From assembly GCF_009914755.1 (NCBI RefSeq), contig NC_060931.1: a stretch of 64,000 bases of DNA; one strand, given 5' to 3'. Below, piece by piece: positions 13,701 to 29,619 of the stretch. This DNA comes from the human T2T-CHM13v2.0 reference genome, Homo sapiens. Numbering within the stretch: position 1 is the first letter of the stretch; every line of letters starts with the position of its first letter. The notes under the pieces were generated by a model, which was not told the DNA's origin, searched no databases, and was given only the letters and a program-made list of their open reading frames with translations. Both the position numbers and the translations under genes were made by a program.

Positions 13701-16700
13701 AGAATCTGCAAATGGTTATTTGGAGCCCTTTGAGGCCTACAGTGAAAAAGGAATCATCTTCAAACGAAAACTAGACAAAAGCTTCTGAGAAACTTCTTTA
13801 TGATGTGTGCATTCATCTCACAGAGTTGAATCTCTCTTTTGATTGAGCAGTTTGGAAGCAGTCTCTTTGTAGAATTTGCAGAGGGATATTTGAAGCCATT
13901 TGAGGCCTACGGTGAAAATGGAAATATCTTCACATAAAAGAAGACAGAAGCATTCTGAGAAACCGTTTTGTGATGTGTGCATGCATCTCACAGGTTGAAC
14001 ATTTCTTTTGATTCCGCAGTTTGGAAACAGTTTTTTCCAGAATCTGTAAAGGGATATTTGTGACCCCATTAAGACCTGTGGTGAAATAGGAAATATCTTC
14101 ACATAAAACGAGACAGAAGCATTCTGAGAAACTTCTTTGTGATGTGTGCTTTCATCTCACAGAGTTGAATCTTTCTGTTGATTGATCAGTTTGGAAACAG
14201 ATTTTTTGTAGAATCTGCAAAGGGATATTTGTAAGCCCTTTGAGGCTCATGTTGAAATGAGAAGTATCTTCACAAAAATACTAGACATAATGTTTCTGAG
14301 AAACTTATGATGTGTGCTTTCATCTCACATAATTGAACCTTTATTTTAACTGAGCAGCTTGGAAACATTCCTTTTGTAGAATCTGCAAATGGATATTTGG
14401 AGCACTTCGAACACTATGGTGAAAAAGGAAATATCTTCACATAAAAACTAGACAGAAGCTTTCTGAGAAGCTTCTTTCTTATGTGTGCATGCATCTCACT
14501 GAGGTGAAATTTTATTTTGTTTGAGCTATATGGAAACAGCCTCTTTGTGGAATTTGCAGAGGGATATTTTTGAGTGGTTTCAGAACTATGTTGAAAAAGG
14601 AAATATCTTCACATAAAAACTAGACAGAAGCACTCTGAGAAACTTCTCTGTGATGTGTGCACTCAGCTCAAAGACTTGAAACTTTCTTTTGATTGAGCAG
14701 TTTGGAAACAGTTTTATGTGGTATCTGCAAAGGGATATTTGTGAGCCCATTGAGGCCTATGGTGAAATAGGAAATATCTTCACATAAAAACTACACAGAA
14801 ACTTTCTGAGAAACTTCTTTGTGATGTGTGCTTTAATTTCACAGAATTGAACTTTTCTATTGCCTGAGCAGTTTGGAAACAGTCTTTATGTAGAATCTGC
14901 AAATTGATATTTGGAGCGCTCTGAGCCCTGTGGTTAAAAAAGGAAATATCTTCATATAAAAACAAGACAGAAGCTTTCTGAGAAACTACTTTTTCATGTG
15001 TGCATTCATCTCACAGAGTTGAACCATTGTTTTGATTGAGCTGTTTGCAAACAGTCTTTTTGTAGTTTTTGCAGAGGGATATTTGTGAGCGGTTTTAGTC
15101 CTTTGGTGAAAATGCAAATATGTTCATATAAAAACTTGACAGAATAATTCTGAGAAACCACTTTCTGATGTGTGCATTCATCTCACAAAGTTGAACCTTT
15201 CTTTTGATTGAGCAGTTTGGAAACACTTTTCTCAAGAATCTGCAAAGAGATATTTGGGAGCCCAATGAGGCCTGTGGCGAAATAGGAAATATCTTCACTA
15301 AAAACTAGACAGAAGCATTCTGAGGAACTTCTTTGTCTTGTGTCCTTTCGTCTCACTAAGTTGAAACTTTATTTTGATTGAGAAGTTTGGAAACAGTCTT
15401 TTGTGGAATCTGCAATTGTAAGTTTGGAGCTCTTTCAGGCGTATGCTGAAAAAGAAAATATCTTCACATGAAAACTAGACTGAAGCTTTCTGAAAAACTA
15501 CTCTGTTATGTGGGCATTCATCTGCAGAGTTGAACCTTTCTTTTGATTGAGCAGTTTGCAAACCGTCTTTTTGTACAATCTGCAAAGGGATATTACTGAG
15601 AGGTTTGAGGCCCATTGTGAAATAGGAAATATCTTCGCATAAAAATTAGACAGAAGCTTTCTGGGAAACTTCTTTGTCATATCTGCTTCCATCTTACAGA
15701 GTTGAACCTTCCTTTTGATTGAGCAGTTTGGAAACAGTCTTTTTGTAGAATCTGCAAATGGATATTTGTAGCAGTTTGAGGCGTATGGTGAAAAAGGAAA
15801 TATCTTCATATAGAAACTAGAAAGAACCTTTTGAGAAACTTCTTTGTGATGTGTGCATTCATCTCACAGAGTTAAACCTTTCTTTTGATTGAGCAGGTTG
15901 GAAACAGTCTTTTGTAGAATTTGCAGAGTGATGTTTGTGAGCGGTTTGAGGCCTATGGTGAAAATGGAAATATCTTCACATAAAAAATAGGCAGAAGAAT
16001 TTTGAGAAATTGCTTCATGATGTGTGCATTCATCTCACAGAGTTGAATCTTTCTTTTCATTGAGCAGTTTGGAAACAGTCTTTTTGTAGAATCTGCAAAT
16101 TGATATTTGGAGAGCTTTGAGGCCTGTAGTGAAAAAGGAAATATCTTCACATAAAAACTAGACTGAAGCTTTGTGAGAAACTACTTTGTGATGTGTGCAT
16201 TCATGTCACAGAGTTGAAACTTTCTTTTGATTGAGCAGTTTGGAAACAGTCTTCTGGTAGATTCCGCTGTGTGATATTTGTCAGTGGTTTGAGGCCTTTG
16301 GTGAGAAAGGAAATATCTTCACATAAAAACCAGATAGATGCTTTTTGAGAAACCTCTTTGTAATTTGTTTATTCATCTCACAGAGTTGAAACTTTCTTTT
16401 GATTGAGCAGTTTGGAAACCGTCTTTTTGTACAATCTGCAAAGGGATATTTGTGAGCAGTTTGGGGCCTATGTTGAAAAAGGAAATATCTTCACATAAAA
16501 ACTAGACAGCCGTTTTTGAGAATCTTCTTTGTGATGTGTGCATTCATCTCACAGAGTTCAACATATCCTTTGATTGAGCAGTTAGGAAACAGTCTTTTTG
16601 TGTAATCTGAAAAAGGATATTTCTGAGTGGTTTGAGGCCTATGGTGCAAAAGGAATATCTTCACATAAAAACTAGACAGAAGCATTCTGAGAAACTGCTT

Positions 16701-18640
16701 TGTGATGTGAGCATTCATCTTACATAGCTGACCCTTTCTTTTGGATGAGCAGTTTGGAAACAGTCTTTTTGTATAATCTGAAAAGGGATATTTCTGAGCA
16801 GTTTCAGGCCTATGGTGAAAAAAATATATATTCACAAAAAAACCAGACAGAAGCATTCTGAGAAACTGCTTTGTGATGTGAGCATTCATCTTACATAGCT
16901 GACCCTTTCTTTTGAATGAACAGTTTGGAAACAGTCTTTTTGTAACATCTGCAAAGGGATATTTCTGAGCGGTTTCAGGCCTATGGTGAAAAAAATATAT
17001 ATATTCACAGAAAAACTAGACAGAACCTTTCTGAGAAACTTCTTTGTGATGTGTGCTTTCATCTCAGAGAGTTGAACCTTTCTTTTGATTGAGCAGTTTG
17101 GAAAGTGTCTTTTTATAGAATCTGCAAGTGGATATTTGGAGTGCTTTGAGGCCTACGGTGAAAAAGGAAATATCTTCACATAAAAAATATACAAAAGCTT
17201 GGTCAGAAACTTCTTTGTGATGTGTGCATTCATCACACAGAGTTGAACGTTTCTTTTGCTTCAGAAGTTTGGAAACTTTCTTTAGAATCTGCAGAGGGAT
17301 ATTTGTGAGCACTTTGAGGCATATGGTGAAAAAGCAAATATCTTCACATAAATACTAGACAGAAGCATTCTGAGAAACTTCTCTGTGATGTGTGATTTCA
17401 TCTCACCGAGTTGAGCCTTTCTTTTGAGTGAGCAGTTTCAAAACAGTCTTTTTGTAGTATCTGCAGGGGGATATTTTTCAGTGATTTTAGGCCTATGGTG
17501 AAAAATGAAATATCTTCAGATAAAAACTAGACAGAAGCATTCTGAGAAACTTCTCTGTGATGTGGGCATTCATTTCACACAGTTGGACTTTCTTTTGTTT
17601 GACCACTTTGGAAACAGTCTTTTTGTAGAATCTGCAAACAGATATTTCTTAGCGGTTTGAGGCCTACAGTGAAAATAAATATCTTCACATAAAAACTCGA
17701 GAGAAGCTTTCTGAGAAACTTCCTTGTGATGTGTGCATTCATCTCACAGAGTTGAACCTATCCTTTGATTGCGTACTTTGGAAACAGTATTTTTATACAA
17801 TCTGCAAAAGGATATTTCTGAGCTCTTTGAGGCCTATGGTGAAAAGGAAATATCTTCACATGAAACTAGACAGAATCATTCTGAGAAACTTCTTTGTGAT
17901 GTGTGCATTCATCTGACACATTTGAAACTTTCTTTTGATTGAGCAGTTTGGAAACAGTCTTTTTGTAGAATCTGCAAGGGAATATTAGTAAACCCCTAGA
18001 GGACTATGGTGAAATAGGAAATATCTTCACATAAGAACTAGACAGACGCTTTCTGAGAAACTACATTGTGATGTGTGCCTTCAACTCACAGAGTTGAACA
18101 TTTCTTTTGATGGAGCAGCTTGGAAACAGTCTTTTTGTAGAATCTGCATATGTATATTTGGAGTGCTTTGAGGCCTATGGTGAAAAAGGAAATAACTTCA
18201 CATAAAAACTGGACAGAAACTTTCTGAGAAACTTCTTTGTGATGTGTGTTTTCATCTCACAAAGTTGAACCTTTCTTTAGATTGAGCAGTTTGGAAACAG
18301 TCTTTTTGTAGAATCTGCAAATGGATATTTGGAGCTTTTTGAGGACTGTGGTGAAAAAGGAAATAACTTCACATAAAAACTAGACAGAAGATTTCTGATA
18401 ATCATCTTTCTGATGTATGCATTCATCTCACAGATTTGAACATTTCTATTGATTGAACATTATGGAAACAGTCTTTTTTTAGGATCTGCTGACAGATGTT
18501 TGTGAGCAGTTTTACACCTACTGTGAAAGAGAAAATATCTTCACATTAAAACTAGGCAGAAGCATTCTGAGAAACTTATTTGTGATGTCTGCATTCATCT
18601 CACAGAGTTGAACCTTTCCTTTGGTTGAGCAGTTTGGAAA
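1714..18640 (+). repeat. Monomeric alpha satellite, ~99 monomers, forward orientation (inverted relative to both flanks)
   Basis: Periodic TTCTGAGAAACTTCTTTGTGATGTGTGCATTCATCTCACAGAGTTGAACC...GAGGCCTATGGTGAAAAAGGAAATATCTTCACATAAAAACTAGACAGAAG; strand switches at ~1714 and ~18640. Confidence 0.97.
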
Positions 18641-21600
18641 TAGGACTCAAAGCACTCTAAATATCAATTTGTGGATTCTACAAAAAGACTGTTTCCAAAA
18701 TGTTCTATCAAAAGAAAGGTTCAACTTTGTGAGATGAATAAACACATCACAAAGAAGTTTCTCCAAATACATCTGTCTAGTTTTTATATGAAGATATTTC
18801 TTTTTCACCATATGCCCCAAACTATTCAGAAGTATCCATTTGCAGATTGTAAAATAAACTGTTTCTTAGCTGCTCAATGAAAAGAAAGATTCAACTGTGT
18901 GAGATGAATTCAAATAACACAAGGAAGTTTCTCAAAATGCTTCTGTCTAGTTCTTATGTGAAGATATATCCATTTTCACCATAGGCCTTAAAGCGCTCCA
19001 AATATCCATTGGTAGATTCGGCAAAAAGATTCTTTCAAAACTGCTCAATCAAAAGAAAGGTTCAACTCTGTGAGATGAAAGCACTCACTACATTGAAGTT
19101 TCTCTGAAGGCTTCTTTCTGGTTTTTATGTGAAGATATTTCCTATTTCACAACAGACCTCAAAGGGCTCACAAATATCCCTTTGCAGATTCTACAAAAAG
19201 ACTGTTTCTACACTGGTCAATCAAAATAAAGGTTCAACTCTGACAAGAATGCACACATCACAAAGAAATTTCTCAAAATGCTTCTGTCTAGTTTTTATGT
19301 GAAGATATTTCCTTTTCAACGTAGACCTCAAAATGCTCAGAAATATCCCTTTGCCGATTGTACAAAAAGACTGTTTCCAAACTGCTCAGTGAAAAGAACG
19401 TTTCCACTCAGTGAGATGAATGGAAACATCACAAAGAAGTTTCTCAATCTTCTCTCTAGTTTTTATAAGAAGATATTTCCTTTTTCACCATAGTCCTCAA
19501 ACTGCACACAAATATCCCTTTGCAGATTCTACAAAAAACTATTTCTAAACTACTGAATCAAAAGAAAGTTCAACTCTGTGAGATGAATGTGCACATCATA
19601 AAGAACTTTCTCAGAATGCCTCTGTCTTGTTTTTATGTGAGGATATCTCCTTTATCACCATAGGCCTCAAACTGCTCACAGCAATCCTTCTGCAGATTAT
19701 AAAAAAAGACTGTCTCCAAAATGCTCAATCAAAACAAACGTTCAACTCTATGAGGTGAAAGCAGACATCACAAAGAAGTTTCTCAGAATGCTTCTGCCTA
19801 GTTTTTATATGAAGATATTTCCTATTTCACCCCAGGACTCAATGGGCTCACAAATATCCATTTGCAGGTTCTACAAAAAGACTGTTTCCCAACTGCTCAA
19901 TCAAAAGAAACGTTCAACTCTGTGAGATGTATGCACACATCACAAAGAAGTTTCTCAGGAAGTTTCTGTCTAGTTCTTAAATAAAGACATTTCCTTTTTC
20001 ACCGTAGGCCACATAGTGCAGCAAATACCCATTTGCAGATTCTACAAATGGACTGTTTCCAAACAGTCAATCAAAACAAAACTTCATCACAATGAGATGA
20101 AAGCACACTTCACCAAGAAGTTTCTCAGAAACCTGCTGTCTAGTTTTAATGTGAAGATATTTCGTATATCACATATGGCTCAATGGGCTCACAAATATCC
20201 CTCTGCAGATTCTACAGAAAGACTGTTTCCAAACTGCTCAAACAAAAGAAATTTTCAACTCTGTGAGATGAATGTACACATCACAAAGATATTTCGCAGA
20301 AATCTTCTGTCTAGTTTTTATGGGAAGATATTTGCTTTTTCAACATAGGCCTCAAAATGCTCAAAATATCCATTTGCTGATTCTACAAAAAGACTGTTTC
20401 CAAACTGCTCAATCAAAATAAATGTTCAACTCTGTGAGATGAATGCTCACATCCCAAAGAAGTTTCTCAGAAAAATTCTGTCTAGTTTTTAAGTGAAGAT
20501 ATTTCCTATTTCACCACAGGCCTCAAACTGCTCACAAGTATCCCTTTGTAGATCCGACAAACAGACTGTTTCCAAACTGCTCAATCATAAGAAATGTTCA
20601 ACTCTGTGAGAAGAATGCACACATCACAAAGAAGTTTCTGAGAATGCTTCTGTCTAGTTTTTATGTGAAGATATGTCCTTTCCAATATAGGCCTCAAAAC
20701 GCTCAGAAATATTCGTTTGCCGATTGTACAAAAAGACGGTTTCCAAACTGCTCAGTAAAAAGAAGGTTTCAACTCAGTGAGGTGAATGCAAAAATCACGA
20801 AGAAGTTTCTCAAAAATCTTCTGTCTAGTTTTTATGGGGAGATATTTCCTTTTTCACCATAGTCCTCAAACCACTCCCAAATATCGCTTTGCAGATTCTA
20901 CACAAAGACTGTTTGCAAACTGAGCAATCAAAAGAAAGGTTCAACCCTGTGGGATGAATGCACACATCAAAAAGAAGTTTCTCAGAAAGCTTCTATTTTT
21001 TATGTGAAGATATTTCGTTTTTCAACGTAGGCCTCAAAGTGCTCCAAATATCCATTTGCTGATTTTACAAAAGGACTGTTTCCAAACTGCTCAATCAAAA
21101 GAAAGTTTGAACTCTGTGAGATGAATGCTCATTTCCAAAGAAGTTTCTCTGAAAGATTCTGTCTAGTTTTCATATGAAGATATTTTCTATTTCACCATAG
21201 GACTCAAACTGCTCACAAATATCCTTTTGCAGATCCTACAAAAAGACTGTTTCCCAACTGCTCAATCATAAGAAAGGTTCAACTCTGTGAGAAGAATGCA
21301 CACATCACAAAGAACTTTCTCAGAATGCTTCTCTCTAGTTTTTATTTAAAGATATTTCCTTTTCAACATAGGCCTCAAAATGCTCAGGAGTATCCCTTTG
21401 CTGATTGTACAAGAAGACTGTTTCCAAACTGCTCAGTGAAAAGAAAGCTTCAACTTCGTGAGATGAATGCAAACATCACAAAGAAGTTTCTCAAAAATCT
21501 TCTGTCTAGTTTTTATGGGAAGATAATTCCTTTTTCACCATAAGCCTCAAACCGCTCACAAATATCCCTTTGCAGATTCTACAAAAAGACTGTTTCAAAC

Positions 21601-24600
21601 TACTCAATGAAAAGAAACGTTCAACTCTATCAGATGAAAGCACACATCACAAGGAAGTTTCTCAGAAAGCTTCTCCCTAGTTTTTATATGAAGATATTTT
21701 GTATTTCACTGTAGGTCTCAAAGCACTCCAAATATCCATATGCAGATTCTACAAAAAGAATGTTTCCAAACTGGTCAATGACAAGAAAGGTTGAACTCTG
21801 TGAGATGAATGCACACTTCACTAAGAAGTTTCTCAGAAAGATTCTGTCTAGTTTTTATGTGAGGATATTTCATTTTCACAATATGCCTCAATGTGGTACA
21901 AATGTCCCTTTGGCAGATTCTACAAAAAGTCTGCTTCCAAACTACTCAATCAAAAGATAGGTTCAACTGTTTGAGATGAATGCACACATCAAAAGAAGTT
22001 TCTCAAAAATCTTCTGTCTATTTTTTATGTGAAGATATTTCCTTTTTCACCATAGGCCTCCAACCGCTCAAAAATATCCCTTGGCAGATTATAAAAAAGG
22101 ACTTTTCCAAAATGCTTAATCAAAACAAAGGTTCAACTCTGTGAGAGGAATGCTCACATCACAGAGTTTTCTCGAAAACCTTCTGTCTACTTATTATTTG
22201 AAGATATTTACATTTTCACAGTGGGCAACAAAGTCCTCCAATTATCCCTTTGAAGATTCTACAAAAAGAGTGTTTCCAAACTGATCAATCAAAGAAAAGT
22301 TCAATTCTGTGAGATGAAAGCACGCAACACAGAGTAGTTTCTCTGAAAGCTTCTTCTACTTTTTATGTGAAGATATTTCCTTTTCCACCATAGGCCTCAA
22401 TGCGCCCCAAATATCCCTTGGCAGATCCTACAAAAAGGCTGTTTCCAAACTGCTCAATCAAAAAAAAAGCCTCAACTCTGTGAGATGAATGCACACATCT
22501 CAAAGCAGTTTCTGAGAAAGCTTTTGTGTAGTTTTTTTGTGGAGATATTTCCTTTCTATCCATGGGCCCCAAATTGCTCTGAATATCAATTTACAGATTC
22601 TACAAAAAGACTGTTTCCAAACTGCTCAACCAAAAGAAAGGTTCAACTCTGTGAGATGAAAGCACACATGACAAGGAAGTTTCTCAGAACATTCCTGTCT
22701 ATTTTTTAAGTGAAGATTTTTCTTATTCAACACGTGCCTCAAAGCACTCCAAATATCCCTTTGCAGATTCTACAAAAAGACTGTTTCCAAACTGCTCAAT
22801 GAAAAGAAAGATTCAACTCTGTGAGATGAATGCACACATCACAAAGGAGTTTCTCATAAAGCTTCTGTCTAGCTTTTATGTGAAGAATCTTCCTTTTTCA
22901 CCACAGGCCACAAAGCACTCCAAATATCCATTTGCAGATTCTACAAAAAGACTGTTTGCAAACTGCTCAATGAAAGCAAAAGTTGAACTCTGGGAGATGA
23001 ATGGACACATCACAAAGAAGTTTCTCAGAAAGGTTTGGTCTAGTTTTTATGTGTAGATATTTTGTTTTTCACCATTCACCCCAAAGAGCAACAAACATCC
23101 CTTCGCAAATTCTACAAAAAGACTGTTTCCAAACTGTTCAATCAGATAAAAGCGTCAGCTCTGCGAGAAGAAGCCACACATCACAAGAAGTTTCCCAGAA
23201 ATCTTCTCTCTAGTTTTTATGTTGAGGTATTTCCCTTTTCACCATTTGTCCCAAAGAGCTCCATATATCCATTCACAGATTCTCAAAAAGACTGTTTCCA
23301 AACTGATAAATCAAAAGAAATGTTAAACTCTGTGAGAAGAAATCTCACAACAGAGAGAAGTTCCTCAGAAAACTTCTTTCTAGTGTTTATGTGAAGATAT
23401 TTCCTTTTTCAACATAGGCCTCAGACCGCTCACAAATATCCCTTTTCAGATTCTACAAAAAGACTGCTTACAAACTCCTCAATCAAGAGAAAGGTTCAAC
23501 TCTCTGAGATGAATGCACATATCACAAAGAAGTTTCTCAGAATGCTTCTTTCTACTTTTTATGTGAAGCTATTTCCTTTTTAACTATAGGCCCCAAAACC
23601 CTCACAGTTATCCCTTTGTAGACTCTACAAAAATACAGCCTCCAAACTCCTCAATCAAAGGAAATCTTTAACTCTGTGAGATGAATGCACACATCACAAA
23701 GAATTTTATCAGAATAGTTCTGTCTATATTTCATGTGAATATATTACCTTATTTTCCACAGGCCCCAAAGCACTCTAAATATCCCTTTGCAGATTCCACA
23801 AAAAGACTATTTCCAAAATGCTAAATCAAAAGGAAGGTTCAACCCTGTGAGATGAATGCACACATCACAAAAAATTTCTCAGAAAGCTTATGTCTAGTTT
23901 TTACATGAAGATATTTCCTTTCTCACGGTAGCCCACAAAGGCCTCACAAATATCCCTTTTCAGATTCTACAAAAACACGGTTATCAAACTGCTCAATCAA
24001 AAAACTGCTTCGGCTCTGAAAGACGACTGCACACATCACAAAAAGTTGCTCAGCAGGCTTCTGTCTAGTTTTTCTGCGAATATTTTCCTTATTCACTATA
24101 GTCCTCAAAGCGCTCCAAGTATCCCCTTGCAGATTCTGCAGAAAGACTGTTTCCAAACTGCTCAATGAAAGGAAAGGTTGAAATCTGTGAGATGAATGCA
24201 CACATCACAAAGAAGTTATTCGGAAACCTTATGTCTAGTTTTTATGTGAAGCTATTTCCTTTTTCACCATAGGCCTCAAGGCGCTCCAAATATCCATTTG
24301 CAGACTCTACAAAAAGACTGTTTCCAAACTGCTCAATGAAAAGAAAGTTTGAACTCTGTGAGATGAATGCACACATCACAAAGAAGTTTCTCAGAAAGTT
24401 TCTGTCTAGTTTTTATTTGAAGATATTTTCTTTTTCAACAGAGGCCTCAAAGTGCTCCAATATCCCTTTGCAGATTCTACAAAAGGAGTGTTTCCAAACT
24501 GATCTATCAAAAGAAAGGTTCAACACTGTGAGATGAAAGCACACAACACAGACAAGTTTCTCACAAAGCTACTGTCTAGTTTTTATATGAACATATTTCC

Positions 24601-26415
24601 TTTATCAACATAGACCTCAAAGGACTCAGAAATATCCATCTGGAGATCTACAGAAAGACTGTTTCCAAGTGCTGAATCAAAAGTAAGGTTCAACTCCTTG
24701 AGACTAATGCACACATCACAAAGAATTTTCCCAGAAAGATTCTGTCTATTTTTTATGTGAAGATATTTCCTTTTTAACCATACGCCTCAAACTGCTACAA
24801 GTATCCCTTTGCAGATATTTCAAAAAGATGGTTTCAAAACTGCTTAATCAAAACAAAGGTGCAACTCTCTGAGATGAAAGCACACATCACAAAGAAGTTT
24901 CTCAGAAAGTCTCTGTCTAGTTTTTATTTGAAGTTATTTCCTTTTTCACCACAGGCCTCAAAGTGCTCCAATATCCCTTTGCAGATTCTACAACAAGACT
25001 GTTTCCAAACTGATCAATCAAAAGAAAGTTTCAACACTGTGAGATGAAATCACACAACACAGAGAAGTTTCTCAGAAGACTTCTGTCTAGTTTTTATGTG
25101 AAGATATTACCTTTTTCACAATAATCCTCAAACCGCTCACAAATATCAATTTGCATATTCTACAAACAGACTGTTTCCAAACTGCTCTATTAAAAGAAAG
25201 TTTCAACTCTGTGAGACGAATGCACACATCACAAAGAAGTTTCTCACAAAGTTTCGGTCTAGTTTTAATGTGAAGATATTTCCTTTTTCAACACAGGCCT
25301 CAAAGTGATCACAAATATCCCTTCACAGATTCTACAAAAAGACGGTTTCCAAACTGCTCAAAAAAAAGAAAGGTTCAACTCTGTGAGATGAATGCACACA
25401 TCACAAACAAGTTTCTCAGAATGTTTCTGTGCGAAGATATTTCCTTTTTCACCATAGGCCAAAACCTATGTTTTGTGTGTGAAAACTGCTCACAAACATC
25501 CGTTTGCAGATTCTACAAAAAGACTGTCTCCAAACTGCTCAATCGAAAGAAAATTTCAACTCAATGAAGTGAATGCATACATAACAAAGAAGTTTCTCAG
25601 AAAACTTCACCTACCTTTATGTGAAGATATTTCCTTATTTATCACAGGCCCCAAAGTGCTCCAAATATCCCTTTGCAGATACTACAAAAACAGTGTTTCC
25701 AAACTGATCAATGAAAAGATAGGTTCAACTCTGGGAGATGAATGCACACATCACAAAGAAGTTTCTCAGAAAACTTATGTCTCGTTTTTATGTGAAGGTA
25801 TTTCCTTTTTCACCATAGGCCCCAAAGGGCTCCAAATATCCCTTGGTAGATTCTTCAAAAAGACTGTTTATGTTTCCAAACTGCTCCATCAAAGGAAGGG
25901 TTGAACTCTGTGAGATGAATGCGTACATCACAAAGAGGTTTTTCAGAAAATCTCTGTGTAGTTTTTCATTGAGGATATATCCTTTTACACCATAGGCCTT
26001 AAAATGCTCCTATTATCCCTTTGCAGATTCTACAAAAAGACTGTTTCCAAACTGCTCAATCAAAATAAAGGTTGAACTCCGTGAGATGAATGCACTCTTC
26101 ACAAACAATTTTCTCAGAAAGATTCAGTATAGTTTTTTTGTGAAGATATTTCCTTATTCACCACAGGCCCCAAAGCACTCCAAATACCTTAATGCAGACT
26201 CTACAAAAAGACTGTTTCCAAACCGCTCAATGAAAAGGAAGGTTCAACTCTGGGAGATGAATGCATACATCACACAGCAGTTTCCCATAATTCTTCTGTC
26301 TACTTTTCCTGTGAAGATATTTCCTTTTCCTTCATAGGCCTCAAAAAGCTCCAAATATTCGTTAACAGATTCTACAAAAAGACTGTTTCCAAACTCCTCA
26401 ATGAAAAGAAAGGTT
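18641..26415 (-). repeat. Monomeric alpha satellite, reverse orientation
   Basis: ~171-bp periodicity, diverged monomers, pJalpha-type box TTCCTTTTTCACCATAG. Confidence 0.97.
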
Positions 26416-26441
26416 TTGAGTGCATTTTGAGTGAAAACCTT

Positions 26442-29616
<3,175 letters not shown>

Positions 29617-29619
29617 TCA

